Assembly: GCA_965248355.1 (NCBI GenBank)
Contig: OZ252098.1
Span: 4,096,001 to 4,160,000, forward strand
Reading direction: 5' to 3'
Length of the DNA stretch: 64,000 nucleotides
Origin: Candidatus Latescibacterota bacterium
GTDB lineage: Bacteria; Latescibacterota; UBA2968; UBA8231
Of the stretch, positions 13,011 through 23,912 are shown piece after piece (positions within the stretch are counted from its first letter, which is position 1; each line of letters begins with the position of its first letter). The notes beneath the pieces are model-generated. The model ran no database searches. It worked only from the letters and a program-made list of their open reading frames with translations, and was not told where the DNA came from. Made by a program: the position numbers and the translations under genes.

Positions 13011-15095
13011 GTGCAGGCCGTGTCTCACACGATCGATCAAGTGCGCAATGTCGTCCTCGTCGGCCGCAGCGGATCTGGCAAGACGGCCCTGGCAGAGGCC
13101 ATCATCTACAACACCGGCCAGCTCAGCCGGCTCGGGCGCATCGAAGATGGGACCACCGTTTCCGACTTCGATAGGGAGGAGATCGAACGGAAGATCTCGC
13201 TGAAGACCTCCCTGCTCACGGGAGAGTGGAAGGGTATCCACTTCGACCTGATGGATACACCGGGGTACGCCGACTTCATCCCGGAGACGCAATCCGCGCT
13301 GCGCGTGGCCGACGCCGGTATCGTCGTTGTCGAGTCCGTCTCCGGAATCGATATCGGTACCGAACGCGCCTGGCGGTTTGCCCAGGAGCACGGTCTGCCC
13401 TGCATCCTGTTCATCAACAAGATGGACCGGCCCGAGATTGACGTGGACGGGGTGCTGCAGCAGATGCAGGACCGATTCGGTCGTCTCGCCGTGCCCGTTC
13501 AATACGCAGTCGATCCGGGAGAGGGCTTCCACCAAGTGGTCGATCTGGTCGAGGAAAAGCTGATCACCTACACCGACGGCAAGGCCGCCGAGGGTGAAGT
13601 CCCGTCTTCCGTGCAGGACGTCGTGGAGCCATTGCGGGAGCAACTCGTCGAAACCGTGGCCGAGACGGACGAGGAGTTGATGGAGCGCTATTTCACCGAG
13701 GGGGGCCTGGAGCCGGCGGAGCTCAAGGCGGGACTGCGCAAGGCGGTGATGGCGCGCGAGATCTTCCCCGTTCTCTTCGGCGATGCCTACAACAATATAG
13801 CCGTCGACCGGCTGATGGGGGCCGCGGGGGAGCTCTTTCCCTCTCCTGCCCAGAGCCCCGGGCTGACCTACGTCGACGGCGAGGGAGAGGAGCAGAGATT
13901 GGAGGCCTCCCCCGACGGGCCGCTGGTCTCCTACGTCTTCAAGATCATGGCGGAGCCGCACGTGGGCGAACTGAGCTACCTTCGGATCTTCTCCGGCCGT
14001 CTCCGCCACGGCGACGAGGTCACCAATTCGGCGCGCCAGAAGACGGAGCGCATCGGTCAGATCTTCCAGCTCAACGGGCACCAGCGTACCGAGGTGGACA
14101 GCGCTGGCGCCGGGGACATCGTCGCTCTGGTAAAGCTGAAGGACACCCATACGGGCAACACCCTGTGTTCCAGGACGGAGTCGGTGCAATTGCCGGGGGT
14201 GGCCTTCCCGGAGCCCCTCATCCGCGTGGCCGTGGAGGCCCGGGAAAAGGGCAGCGAGGAACGCATGGCCACGGGCCTGCAGCAATTGCACGAGGAGGAT
14301 CCGAGCTTCGAATTCAGGTATGACGGCGAGATCCGCCAGTCGGTGCTCTCCGCCCAGGGCGACCTGCATCTGGAGACGATCCTCAAACGTCTCCGGGAGC
14401 GCTTCCAGGTCGAGGTCGATATCAAAACGCCGCGGGTGCCCTACCGCGAGACGATCCGCGGAAATGCCGAGGGCCACTACCGGCACAAGAAGCAGTCCGG
14501 GGGGCGGGGACAGTTCGGCGAGGTCTACCTGCGCATCGCACCGAAGTCGCGGGGCGAAGGGTTCGAGTTCATCAACGAGGTCGTGGGCGGCAGCATCCCG
14601 ACGAATTTCATTCCCGCCGTCGAGAAGGGGCTGCAGGAGAGCCTGGCGGTGGGGCCCATCTCCGGCTCCGCCGTCGTCGATGTGGCGGCCACCGTGTACG
14701 ATGGCAAGCACCACGCCGTCGACTCGGACGAGGTCTCTTTCAAGATCGCATCCTCCCAAGCCTTCAAGGACGCCTTCCTCAAGGGCAGGCCCGTCCTTCT
14801 CGAGCCGATCTATCACCTCACGATCACTGTGCCCGAGGAGTTCATGGGTGACGTGATGGGCGACCTCACCTCGCGCAGGGGCCGGATCAGCGGCACCAAC
14901 TCCGATGGCCATCTGCAGATCATCGAAGCCGAGGTGCCCCTGGCGGAGATCGATCGTTACGCCACCCGGTTGCGCTCCATGTCCCAGGGCGAGGGGATGC
15001 ACACCCAGCGCTTCGGCCGCTACGAGGAGGTGCCGGGAGACGTGCAGTCGCGTATCATCGAAGAAGCCAGCAAGGCGCGGGCCCAGGCGGCCTGA
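13011..15095 (+). CDS. fusA2: elongation factor G paralogue (EF-G II / EF-G2)
   Basis: GRSGSGKT, ERKISL in place of RGITI, DTPGY, NKMD, KKQSGGRGQFG, HAVDSDE; not in an rpsL-rpsG operon. Confidence 0.92.
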   Translation: MQAVSHTIDQVRNVVLVGRSGSGKTALAEAIIYNTGQLSRLGRIEDGTTVSDFDREEIERKISLKTSLLTGEWKGIHFDLMDTPGYADFIPETQSALRVADAGIVVVESVSGIDIGTERAWRFAQEHGLPCILFINKMDRPEIDVDGVLQQMQDRFGRLAVPVQYAVDPGEGFHQVVDLVEEKLITYTDGKAAEGEVPSSVQDVVEPLREQLVETVAETDEELMERYFTEGGLEPAELKAGLRKAVMAREIFPVLFGDAYNNIAVDRLMGAAGELFPSPAQSPGLTYVDGEGEEQRLEASPDGPLVSYVFKIMAEPHVGELSYLRIFSGRLRHGDEVTNSARQKTERIGQIFQLNGHQRTEVDSAGAGDIVALVKLKDTHTGNTLCSRTESVQLPGVAFPEPLIRVAVEAREKGSEERMATGLQQLHEEDPSFEFRYDGEIRQSVLSAQGDLHLETILKRLRERFQVEVDIKTPRVPYRETIRGNAEGHYRHKKQSGGRGQFGEVYLRIAPKSRGEGFEFINEVVGGSIPTNFIPAVEKGLQESLAVGPISGSAVVDVAATVYDGKHHAVDSDEVSFKIASSQAFKDAFLKGRPVLLEPIYHLTITVPEEFMGDVMGDLTSRRGRISGTNSDGHLQIIEAEVPLAEIDRYATRLRSMSQGEGMHTQRFGRYEEVPGDVQSRIIEEASKARAQAA

Positions 15096-15186
15096 ATCCG
15101 CGGTTTTCTTCTCTCCGGGGGTGCTTGCCAGCTGGCCGGATCCGGTCAGGCGGCGCAGATGCCTCTGCCTGCATAGATTCAGTCCC

Positions 15187-15936
15187 ATGTCCGGTCACTC
15201 CAAGTGGAGCACGATCAAGCGGAAGAAGGGTGCCAACGACACCCGGCGCGGACAGTTGTACACCAAGCTGATCCGCGAGTTGACCGTCTCCGCCCGCGAA
15301 GGGGGCGCCGACGAAGATTCCAACCCCCGGTTGCGGACGGCGGTGCAGAATGCCCGTGCCGCCAACATGCCGCAGAACACCATTGATCGAGCCATTCGGC
15401 GCGGTTCCGGAGACGAGGCCGGGGTCCTCTATGAGACGGTGGCCTACGAAGGCTACGGTCCCGCGGGGGTGGCCATCATCGTCGAGGCCCTGACGGACAA
15501 CAGGAACCGCACCGTCTCCGAGGTGCGGCACGTGCTCGGCAAGTACGGCGGCAATCTGGCCGAGAAGGGCGCCGTGGCATGGATGTTTGCCCAGAAGGGA
15601 CTGGTCGAGGTGGAGGAGTCCTCGGCCACCGAGGAAGAGGTGATGCTGGCCGTGATGGACGCCGGGGGAGAGGACCTGCAGCGCGCCGACGCCGTATTCG
15701 AGGTGTTGGCTCCAGTCGACCAGTTCGACGCCGTCAAGCGCTCCCTCGACGACGCCGGCATAGCCTACGGTCAGGCGTCGCTGGCCTGGATCCCGCAGAA
15801 CACCTTGTCCGTGGAGGGCGCCGACGCCCAGCAGATCGTTCGCCTTCTCGAAGAACTCGAGGATCTCGACGACGTGCAGAGGGTGTTCTCCAACTTCGAC
15901 GTGGAGGAGGAGGAGCTGGCGAAGCTGCTCGCCTGA
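15187..15936 (+). CDS. yebC: YebC/PmpR family protein
   Basis: MSGHSKWSTIKRKKG, YEGYGPAGVA, TDNRNRT, LEDLDDVQRVFSN. Confidence 0.96.
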   Translation: MSGHSKWSTIKRKKGANDTRRGQLYTKLIRELTVSAREGGADEDSNPRLRTAVQNARAANMPQNTIDRAIRRGSGDEAGVLYETVAYEGYGPAGVAIIVEALTDNRNRTVSEVRHVLGKYGGNLAEKGAVAWMFAQKGLVEVEESSATEEEVMLAVMDAGGEDLQRADAVFEVLAPVDQFDAVKRSLDDAGIAYGQASLAWIPQNTLSVEGADAQQIVRLLEELEDLDDVQRVFSNFDVEEEELAKLLA

Positions 15937-15955
15937 CCGGCTCCTTTTCGCCCAC

Positions 15956-16501
15956 GTGCTCGTTCTCGGCCTCGACCCAAGCAGCACCAGCACGGGCTAC
16001 GGGCTGGTGCGCGGAGAGGGTCAGGATCTCGCCTTCTTCGACTGCGGCTGCTTCCGACCCCCGAAGGGCGTCGACTTCGTCGAGCGACTTGCCACTCTGG
16101 ACGACGGCCTGACCGGGTTGCTGTCTCGGGTCCGGCCGGACGCCGTGGCCTTGGAGAGCAGTTTCTACGGCCGCGATGCGGATGCCGCCTCCAAGCTCGG
16201 CGAAGCCCGCGGCGTGCTTCGTCTCGGTCTGCACCGGGCGGGTTTCTCTCCGGTTCTCTACTCGCCGGCGGAGGTCAAGAAAGCTGTCGTCGGCAACGGC
16301 CAGGCCACCAAGGAACAGGTTCAGTCGATGGTCGCGCGCCTACTGCGCATGGAGGAGCCGCCAACCCCCCTCGACGCTTCGGACGCCCTTGCCGTGGCCG
16401 TCTGCCACCTGTACCGCCGCGCACGACCGGCGGCGGCACCCGGCCACGGGGCCCGAAGGCCGGAGGTGCAGGCCCTGCTGCGCCGCGTCGCCAAACGCTG
16501 A
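15956..16501 (+). CDS. ruvC: Holliday junction resolvase RuvC
   Basis: VLGLDP...TGYG, LGEARGV, EVKKAVVGNG.ATKEQV, DASDALAVA. Confidence 0.95.
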   Translation: MLVLGLDPSSTSTGYGLVRGEGQDLAFFDCGCFRPPKGVDFVERLATLDDGLTGLLSRVRPDAVALESSFYGRDADAASKLGEARGVLRLGLHRAGFSPVLYSPAEVKKAVVGNGQATKEQVQSMVARLLRMEEPPTPLDASDALAVAVCHLYRRARPAAAPGHGARRPEVQALLRRVAKR

Positions 16502-16516
16502 GAGAGGTCCCTCCGG

Positions 16517-17113
16517 GTGATCACGCACCTTCGCGGTCTCCTGTCCCAAAGGGCGCCGACCCGGGCCGTGGTCGATGTCGATGGGGTCGGCTATGAGCTG
16601 TCCATCTCGCTGGCCACGTACGACGCCCTGCCCGCAGCCGGCAACCCCGTCGAGATCCTGGCGCACACCCACGTCCGCGAAGACCAGCTCTCCCTGTTCG
16701 GCTTCTTCCGGGAGGAGGAGCGCGAGATGTTCAGGCTCCTGATCGGCGTGTCCGGCATCGGCCCCAATTCGGCCTTGACGATCCTGTCCGGCCTGTCGGT
16801 GGATGATCTCGCCCGGGCAATCCAGGAGGAGCGGGCCGGCGACCTGACCCGGGTGCGCGGGATCGGGCCCAAGACGGCTCAGAGGGTTGTCGTCGATCTG
16901 AAGGACCGCATCCGGGGGTCCCTGCGGACCGGCCCCGATGAGCCACAGGGAGTCGGGTCCGATGCGCTCGCCGAGGAGGCGATGCGGGCCCTGGAGGCTC
17001 TCGGCTTCGTCGGACCCGGGGCGCGCAAGGCGCTGGCTGCGGTTCGCCTCCGGCTCAAGGATGGCGAGGTGTCGGTGCAGGCGCTGATCAAGGGGGCCTT
17101 GCGAGAGCGCTGA
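16517..17113 (+). CDS. ruvA: Holliday junction branch migration protein RuvA
   Basis: [34 protein letters not shown]. Confidence 0.96.
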   Translation: MITHLRGLLSQRAPTRAVVDVDGVGYELSISLATYDALPAAGNPVEILAHTHVREDQLSLFGFFREEEREMFRLLIGVSGIGPNSALTILSGLSVDDLARAIQEERAGDLTRVRGIGPKTAQRVVVDLKDRIRGSLRTGPDEPQGVGSDALAEEAMRALEALGFVGPGARKALAAVRLRLKDGEVSVQALIKGALRER

Positions 17114-18144
17114 TGGAACCCAGGTTCGTCGATCCCCAGGATCAGGGAGAGGAGCAGGGGCTGGATCCCTCCCTTCGCCCGCAGCGTCTGGACGAGATGC
17201 TCGGCCAGGACAAGGTCAAGAACCAGCTCCGCATCGCCATCACCGCGGCCCGGGAGCGGGGCGAGGCGCTCGACCACGTGCTGCTGTCCGGACCTCCCGG
17301 GCTCGGCAAGACCACCCTGGCCCGGGTGATCGCCAACGAGATGGGCGTGGCCGTGCACGCCACGTCGGGTCCCCTCCTCGACCGCCCCGTCGACCTGGCC
17401 GGCATCGTCACCGCCCTCGGGGCCCGGGATGTCCTGTTCATCGACGAAGTACATCGAGTCAACCGCGAAGTCGAGGAGTACCTCTACTCCGCCATGGAGG
17501 ATTACCGAATCGACATCCTGATCGACTCCGGGCCCGCGGCTCGGTCGGTAACCCTCGATCTGGAACGATTCACGCTCGTGGGTGCCACCACCCGGCAGGG
17601 ATTGCTCACGGCGCCGATGCGAGCCCGATTCCTGATCACCGCCAACCTCGACTACTACAGCGTGGACGAGCTGGTTCAAATCGTCTTGCGCGACGCCAGG
17701 CTTCTCGGCTTTACCGCCCTTTCCGACGGCGCCGGGGAGATCGCCCGCCGGGCCCGGGGCACCGCCCGCCTCGCCAAACGCTGGCTCCGGCGCTGCCGGG
17801 ACTACGCCCAGGTCGAGGGGAACGGAACCGTGGATCGCGCCACCGCCGCCGCCGCCCTGGAGATCCTGAAGGTGGACGAGCTCGGGCTGGACGAGGTCGA
17901 CCGGCGGTTGCTGTGGGTGATCGTCGAGAGGTTCGGGGGTGGTCCGGTGGGCGTGAACAACCTGGCCGCCGCGATCGGCGAGGAGGAGGGCACGATCACC
18001 GAGGTCTACGAGCCGTACCTGATTCAGCAGGGATTCCTCAAGCGCACGCCGCGGGGGCGGCAGGCCATGGCGCGCGCCTATGCCCACCTCGGCCGGAAGG
18101 CTCCCGATGGGTTGGACGCCGGCGATCAGATGGGCCTTCTGTGA
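17113..18144 (+). CDS. ruvB: Holliday junction helicase RuvB
   Basis: [50 protein letters not shown]. Confidence 0.98.
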   Translation: MEPRFVDPQDQGEEQGLDPSLRPQRLDEMLGQDKVKNQLRIAITAARERGEALDHVLLSGPPGLGKTTLARVIANEMGVAVHATSGPLLDRPVDLAGIVTALGARDVLFIDEVHRVNREVEEYLYSAMEDYRIDILIDSGPAARSVTLDLERFTLVGATTRQGLLTAPMRARFLITANLDYYSVDELVQIVLRDARLLGFTALSDGAGEIARRARGTARLAKRWLRRCRDYAQVEGNGTVDRATAAAALEILKVDELGLDEVDRRLLWVIVERFGGGPVGVNNLAAAIGEEEGTITEVYEPYLIQQGFLKRTPRGRQAMARAYAHLGRKAPDGLDAGDQMGLL

Positions 18145-18836
18145 CCCTGCTCCTGGCCATCGACACGGCTACTCCCGCCGGGAGCGTGGCCTTGTCAGCC
18201 GGTGGGGCGATTCTCGCGCTGAGGAATTTCGAGGCGCCTCGAGAGCACTCGCAACGGCTCTTTCCGGAGATCGAGCAGGCCCTGGGCGACGCCGGCGGCG
18301 AACGCGAGCAGATCGGCGCCGTGGCCGTCACCATAGGCCCTGGTTCCTACACCGGGCTGCGGATCGGCCTGAGCGCGGCCAAGGGTTTGTGCATGTCCCT
18401 GGATGCACCTCTCGTCGGCCTGTCGACCCTCGAGGTGCTGGCGGCGCGGGTTCCGTGGTGCCGACTGCCGGTTTGCACTGTCCTGGAGTCTCGGGGAGAG
18501 GAGGTCTACACGGCGGCCTTCGATACCTCCCAGGGCCCACCGCGGCTTCGGATGCCGGAACGCGTGGCCAGGCGGGGGGAACTGGTGGCGGAATGGAGAG
18601 GCCGCGACGTACTGTTTACAGGCGATGGCCTCGACCGGCTGCAGGATCTGCCGGATGGAGCGCGATGTGCGCCAGCCTCGGTGCGCCGCCCCTGCGCGGC
18701 CACGGCCGCCTGGCTCGCCGGACCGAAGCTGGACCGCGGGGAAACGCTCGATCCGGGTCTGGCGGAGCCCGTCTACCTGGGACGGCCCTCCTTCGTGTCC
18801 AGGCAGGCGCGGGAGGGCGGCGAGGCGGCCTCGTGA
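18141..18836 (+). CDS. tsaB: tRNA threonylcarbamoyladenosine biosynthesis protein TsaB
   Basis: [32 protein letters not shown] overlaps the ruvB stop. Confidence 0.92.
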   Translation: MTLLLAIDTATPAGSVALSAGGAILALRNFEAPREHSQRLFPEIEQALGDAGGEREQIGAVAVTIGPGSYTGLRIGLSAAKGLCMSLDAPLVGLSTLEVLAARVPWCRLPVCTVLESRGEEVYTAAFDTSQGPPRLRMPERVARRGELVAEWRGRDVLFTGDGLDRLQDLPDGARCAPASVRRPCAATAAWLAGPKLDRGETLDPGLAEPVYLGRPSFVSRQAREGGEAAS

Positions 18837-18923
18837 CCGGTAGGTCCAGCCGGGCCCCGGGGAGGCTTTTCCCCGGGTGGCAAGAGGCTGTTCACCGGTG
18901 CTGAGTCTCCGCGGAGGGAGTCG

Positions 18924-20036
18924 ATGGCAGAGGTCATTCTGAAGGGGGTGCGCAAGGTCTTCGGCAAGGATGTCGTCGCCGTGGACGGCGCCGACATCCA
19001 CATCGAGGATCGGTCCTTCGTCGTCCTCGTCGGTCCCTCGGGATGCGGCAAGTCGACGACCCTGCGCATGGTGGCGGGCCTGGAGGAGATCACCGGGGGC
19101 GAGATCTACATCGACGGCACCCTTGTGAACGACATCCCCCCCAAGGACCGGGACATCGCCATGGTCTTTCAGAACTACGCCCTGTACCCGCACATGAGCG
19201 TCTACCAGAACATGGCCTTCGGCCTCAAGCTGCGGAAGTATCCCAAGCTGGAGATCGACGCCCGTGTGCGGGAGGCGGCGGAGATCCTTGGGATCGAGGA
19301 GCTCTTGGATCGGAAGCCCAGGGCCTTGTCGGGCGGCCAGCGCCAGCGCGTCGCCGTGGGCCGAGCCATCGTGCGCAAGCCCAAGGTGTTCCTCTTCGAC
19401 GAGCCCCTGTCGAATCTCGACGCCAAGCTGCGCGTGCAGATGCGCACCGAAATCAGCAAGCTCCACCGCCGCCTGGAAGCGACCATGCTCTACGTCACCC
19501 ACGATCAGACCGAGGCGATGACCATGGGAGACCGCATCGTGGTGATGAAGGACGGCCGCATCCAGCAGAACGACTCTCCCCTGAACCTCTACAACTTCCC
19601 GGCCAACCAGTTCGTGGCCGGCTTCATCGGGAGTCCGTCGATGAACTTCTTCCGGGGCCTGCTGACCAACGGCGGCGAGGGCCTTGTCTTCGACGAGGGA
19701 AGGATTCGGTTGCCGCTCCCCGAATCCCACGCCGACGGTTTGCTCGACCACGCCGGCCAGGAGGTGGTCCTCGGCATCCGCCCCGAGGACATCCACGACC
19801 CGGAGACCATGGGGCCGGGCGTCGACACGGTCGAGATCGAGGCGACCGTCGAAGTCGTGGAACCCATGGGCAACGAGGTGTTCATCTACCTGACCACGGG
19901 GCGCTCCTCTTTCGTGGCCCGTGTCGATCCCCTGCACGTCCCCGCCGTGGAGCAGAGGATCCGCCTGGCCGTGGAGATCGGCAAGGCCCACTACTTCGAT
20001 CGGGAGACCGAGATCAGTCTCCTGACCCGGAACTGA
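18924..20036 (+). CDS. carbohydrate ABC transporter ATPase (MalK/MsmX/UgpC family)
   Basis: GPSGCGKST, VFQNYALYPHM, LSGGQRQR, DEPLSNLDAKLR, C-terminal TOBE domain. Confidence 0.95.
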   Translation: MAEVILKGVRKVFGKDVVAVDGADIHIEDRSFVVLVGPSGCGKSTTLRMVAGLEEITGGEIYIDGTLVNDIPPKDRDIAMVFQNYALYPHMSVYQNMAFGLKLRKYPKLEIDARVREAAEILGIEELLDRKPRALSGGQRQRVAVGRAIVRKPKVFLFDEPLSNLDAKLRVQMRTEISKLHRRLEATMLYVTHDQTEAMTMGDRIVVMKDGRIQQNDSPLNLYNFPANQFVAGFIGSPSMNFFRGLLTNGGEGLVFDEGRIRLPLPESHADGLLDHAGQEVVLGIRPEDIHDPETMGPGVDTVEIEATVEVVEPMGNEVFIYLTTGRSSFVARVDPLHVPAVEQRIRLAVEIGKAHYFDRETEISLLTRN

Positions 20037-20049
20037 CCCCCCAGGCCGC

Positions 20050-21144
20050 GTGCTCGATCGGGTCACCGGCCAGGAGCGAGCCAAGGCCCAGATCGGCGCC
20101 TGGCTGGCCTCCGGGCGTCTCCCCCACGCCATTCTGATCACCGGACGGGAGGGCGCCGGCAAGCGGGGTCTGGCCATGGAGCTGGCCCGGGCGGTCCTCT
20201 GCGGCCGGAGCGGGCCGGCCGGCGGCTGCGGCGACTGCCCGACCTGCCTCCGGATCGATCGTCTGACCAGTCCCAACCTGCAGGTCCTGCTCCCCATGCC
20301 CACCGGCGCGGGGCGCAAGGAGAGCGACGCCGAGCAGTTCGCCGCGCTCCGGGAGACGGCACTCGACTACCTCCAGGGCGGCAGGGCGCTGCGCACGGCA
20401 GGCAACATCCGCAAGGAGCACCTGGTGTTCCTTCAGCGCGAGATGGCCTTTGCTCCGGCGCCGGGGTCCTCGAGGCGCGTGGCCGTCATCTTCGAGGCGG
20501 ATCGCATGCAGGCCGCTGGGGCCAACTCGCTGCTCAAGACCCTCGAGGAACCCTCGCGCCACGCCCTCTTCCTGTTGGTGGCCCAGACGGCGGAGCGCCT
20601 GCTGCCCACGGTGGTCTCCCGGTGCCAGCGACTGCCTCTGCGGCCCTTGAAGGCCGCCGAGGTCCAGGACGAGTTGCGGGCCTCCGGGGCGGCGGTCGGG
20701 CGAGCGGCTCTGGCCGGACGCCTGGCAGCCGGAGGCCCCATCCGTCCGGCGGCGGTGGCCGAGGAGTCCTTCGACACCCTGCGCGACGTGGCGGAACGTT
20801 TCATCGACTCCGGGCTGTGCGGTCGCGAGGAGGACTACTGGATCCTGCTGGAGGATCTCGGCGGGAGGCCGGACAAGGAGCGGATGGAGGGATTCCTGGA
20901 GGTGTGCTCCACGTACCTGCGGGACGTGCTGTTGGTGCAGGGAGACCGCGGCCACTCGGTGGCTCACAGCGATCGCGCCGGCCTGCTCGATGGCTGGAGC
21001 GGCCGAGTCTCCGGGCCCGCTCTCGACCACCTGGCGCGTACCGTGGATGCCGCTTACGAAGCTCTCGGCCGAAACGTGAGCCCACAACTGCTGCTGGCCG
21101 ATCTCTGGCATCAGCTGCGTCGTTCCGGGGCCTCGGCCGAGTGA
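20050..21144 (+). CDS. holB: DNA polymerase III subunit delta'
   Basis: GRLPHAILITG..GAGK, CGDCPTC zinc site, ANSLLKTLEEP, LLPTVVSRCQ. Confidence 0.9.
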   Translation: MLDRVTGQERAKAQIGAWLASGRLPHAILITGREGAGKRGLAMELARAVLCGRSGPAGGCGDCPTCLRIDRLTSPNLQVLLPMPTGAGRKESDAEQFAALRETALDYLQGGRALRTAGNIRKEHLVFLQREMAFAPAPGSSRRVAVIFEADRMQAAGANSLLKTLEEPSRHALFLLVAQTAERLLPTVVSRCQRLPLRPLKAAEVQDELRASGAAVGRAALAGRLAAGGPIRPAAVAEESFDTLRDVAERFIDSGLCGREEDYWILLEDLGGRPDKERMEGFLEVCSTYLRDVLLVQGDRGHSVAHSDRAGLLDGWSGRVSGPALDHLARTVDAAYEALGRNVSPQLLLADLWHQLRRSGASAE

Positions 21145-21986
21145 GGGGGCCTCCCGCGACGCGGCTCCGGCCCCGGAAGCGCTTCGGTCAGCACTTTCTG
21201 ATCGACGCCGAGGCTCGGGCGGCCATCGCCGATCTCGTCCAGCCGGGGCCCGAGGACGTCGTCCTGGAGATCGGTCCGGGGCGGGGAGCGCTCACGGCGC
21301 CCCTGCTGGACCGCCTCGAGCGTCTCGTGGCCGTGGAGATCGATCGCGGCCTCGCCGGCCACCTGCGGGCCCGGTTTCCGGACCCGCCTCTCCGCCTCAT
21401 CGAGGGGGACGTCCTCCGGCTCGACTTGGCGGCCCTGCCCTGCGAAGAGGGGCGACGGAACCTGTTCGTCGTCGGGAACCTGCCGTACGACATCACGGCG
21501 CCCGTCCTGTTCCGGCTCCGGGAGCTTGCCGGCACGGTGCGCCGAGCCGTTCTCACCCTTCAGAAGGAGGTCGCCCAGCGGCTCGTGGCGTCCCCGGGAT
21601 CACGCCGCTACGGCCAGCTCACCGTGATGCTGAGCCAGTGCGCCAGGATCGACCTGGCCCGGGAGATCCCTCCCACGGCCTTTCGGCCCGTGCCGCGGGT
21701 CGACTCCGCCGTGGTCGACATCCACTTCGTTCCCGACCGCGTCGCCGTGGTCGACCTGCGGCGCTTCGAGCAGATCGTCAAGACCGCCTTTGCTCAGCGC
21801 CGGAAGATGCTCCGCAACGCCTTGATGACCCTTCGATGGCCCCCTCCACAGGACGGCCCCATGGGGCCCGCCGCGCTGGCGGCCCTGGCCGAGCGTGCCC
21901 GGATCGACCTGACCCGGCGGGCCGAGAACCTGACGGTGGAGGACTACGCCCGTCTGACCCGGGCCTGGATGGAGGCCGCGCCGTGA
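21141..21986 (+). CDS. rsmA: 16S rRNA m6,2A1518/1519 dimethyltransferase
   Basis: PRKRFGQHFL, EIGPGRG, VGNLPY, QKEVAQR, F.PVPRVDS, FAQRRKML. Confidence 0.95.
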   Translation: MRGPPATRLRPRKRFGQHFLIDAEARAAIADLVQPGPEDVVLEIGPGRGALTAPLLDRLERLVAVEIDRGLAGHLRARFPDPPLRLIEGDVLRLDLAALPCEEGRRNLFVVGNLPYDITAPVLFRLRELAGTVRRAVLTLQKEVAQRLVASPGSRRYGQLTVMLSQCARIDLAREIPPTAFRPVPRVDSAVVDIHFVPDRVAVVDLRRFEQIVKTAFAQRRKMLRNALMTLRWPPPQDGPMGPAALAALAERARIDLTRRAENLTVEDYARLTRAWMEAAP

Positions 21987-23878
21987 GGCTTCTGTTGGTG
22001 CCGGTCGCCCTGGTGGTTCTGTCCTCCGATGGCTGGAGCCAGACCTATTCCCTGAGGTTCAGCAAGGCGGCCGACCGAATGACCTGGACGCCGTCCTTCC
22101 CCGGCTGGAGCTTCTCCGCGCCGGTGACCCTGGCGGCGGGGGATACGACCGCCCAGCTGCGCATGAACGCGTCCGCGTCGATGACCTCCTGGCTGGACCG
22201 CGGCCACATCTGGCAGGAATCGGCCGGCATTCGCACCTCGGTGCTGTACCCGATCCTCGGACCCCGGGCCGCCATCGGCATCAATGCCAGCATGTCCAGC
22301 CGCAACGCCGGGCTGCAGCGGCAGCGGACGCGCAACCAGTCGGTGGGCTTTCGCTTTGAGTACAGCCCCCTGACGGAGAGCGAAGGGGTTTTCGAGAACC
22401 TGCGGTTCAACGTCGTTCCGGGGTTGGTCTCGGCGAGGCGCGCGAGTCCGGTGAATCCGGACAGCCTCATCGAGGAGACGGGCCTTCAGTACACGGGTTC
22501 GCTCAACACATCGCCTGTCTTCGAGGTAGGGGGCCGCAAGCTCAGCACGAGCCTGTCCGTGAACAAGTCGGACAATACCCTGGCGATCAACAAGAGCCGC
22601 AGCGAAAGCGTGCGCATGAACGCCGCCTACACCTTCCCCGGCAATGCCCGCACCAGTCTCTCCCTGAGCGAGAGACGTTCGCAGTCCGGCGTCTCCCGTC
22701 CGGTCGGCGACGGATCGCAGGCCTCGGTCGTGGCCGAGCTCAACGAAGGCCGCAGCACCGGTCTGTCCTCTTCCCTGACCTTCAAACTCTTCGGATTCGA
22801 CGTGAAGGGAAACCAGAGCTGGTCGCGGGGGTCGAACACGAATACGGCCAATGCCGAGGACGATCCGAGGAACCGCTTCTACGCGCGGGACCGGAAGAAC
22901 GAGAGGTGGAACCTGAACGGCAGGGCCAGCGGCCGGCTGAGCGAGTCCCTCGTGGGCAACATGAAAGTGGAGTGGTCCATGACCGACGAGCGTCGCCTGC
23001 CGGTGCTGCTGTCCTCGGGGGCGGTCTACCGGGATCCGGAGGACGACCGGGAGAACCACGATCTGAACATCGCCGGATCCCTGGACTGGCAAATGGACGA
23101 GGATCGCAAGGTCCGGTTGTCCGCATCGACCGACATGCACCGCCTGGACAACCCCGGCGCTCCCGCCCAGGACCGGGATCAATTCAACCGCAGCCTCTCC
23201 CTCTCCCTGAGCGGCGATCGTCCAAGCGGGTTGCGCTACGACGCCAGCCTGTCGTCCAACCTGTCGCACCGGATCAACCTTCACGCCACACGGGCCGGCG
23301 ACAATCAGCGCAACCTCGCTCTGCGGCTGGCCATGGGAACCAACTACGAACGCATGGAACTCAAACTCACCCACCGGTTTGAAATCTCCGCGCGTCGGAC
23401 TATCTTCGATTTCGATCGCCAGCTGAACCCCGACTCCGTCGGCCGGCGCAGCGCCATCCGCCGCAGCTGGAGAATGACCCACAGGGTCAAGCGGTCTCTG
23501 TTCAATTCCCTGAGCCTCAGCACGGATTACACCTACTCGGCCGATGACCAGGGCACCCTGCTGGTGGAAGAGGATGCCCAGATCGTCGAGGAGGAGAAGA
23601 ACGACCACAGCGCGGGGTTCGGCATGAGCTATCGTCCGGCCGAAACAGTGTCCATGACCATGAGCTACAAGGTCCGGCTGCGGCGAGTGTGGGACGTACT
23701 CTATCAGCGCGACGAGGTCGAACGCGACCTGTCCTACCGCAACCCTCACCGGACCTTGAGTCTCAGCTTCAACTACAAACCGGCCGGCTATAGCGGTCTG
23801 AGCTCATCCTTCAGCCGCTCGAGGCAGCGCAGCGGCACCTTCGACAGGCTGTCCCTCACCCTCACCCGGACTTTCTGA
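21983..23878 (+). CDS. hypothetical outer-membrane beta-barrel protein
   Basis: Signal peptide [20 protein letters not shown], many alternating S/T-hydrophobic strands, C-terminal LSLTLTRTF. Confidence 0.7.
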   Translation: MRLLLVPVALVVLSSDGWSQTYSLRFSKAADRMTWTPSFPGWSFSAPVTLAAGDTTAQLRMNASASMTSWLDRGHIWQESAGIRTSVLYPILGPRAAIGINASMSSRNAGLQRQRTRNQSVGFRFEYSPLTESEGVFENLRFNVVPGLVSARRASPVNPDSLIEETGLQYTGSLNTSPVFEVGGRKLSTSLSVNKSDNTLAINKSRSESVRMNAAYTFPGNARTSLSLSERRSQSGVSRPVGDGSQASVVAELNEGRSTGLSSSLTFKLFGFDVKGNQSWSRGSNTNTANAEDDPRNRFYARDRKNERWNLNGRASGRLSESLVGNMKVEWSMTDERRLPVLLSSGAVYRDPEDDRENHDLNIAGSLDWQMDEDRKVRLSASTDMHRLDNPGAPAQDRDQFNRSLSLSLSGDRPSGLRYDASLSSNLSHRINLHATRAGDNQRNLALRLAMGTNYERMELKLTHRFEISARRTIFDFDRQLNPDSVGRRSAIRRSWRMTHRVKRSLFNSLSLSTDYTYSADDQGTLLVEEDAQIVEEEKNDHSAGFGMSYRPAETVSMTMSYKVRLRRVWDVLYQRDEVERDLSYRNPHRTLSLSFNYKPAGYSGLSSSFSRSRQRSGTFDRLSLTLTRTF

Positions 23879-23912
23879 CCGCGGCGCCGGTCAGGCGCGC
23901 AGGAGCCCTTTC

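Noticed and set aside
18924..20036. Solitary sugar ABC ATPase and solitary rhamnose isomerase as a novel pathway
   Set aside because: Orphan MsmX-type ATPases shared among transporters and dispersed rha genes are common; nothing links them here.
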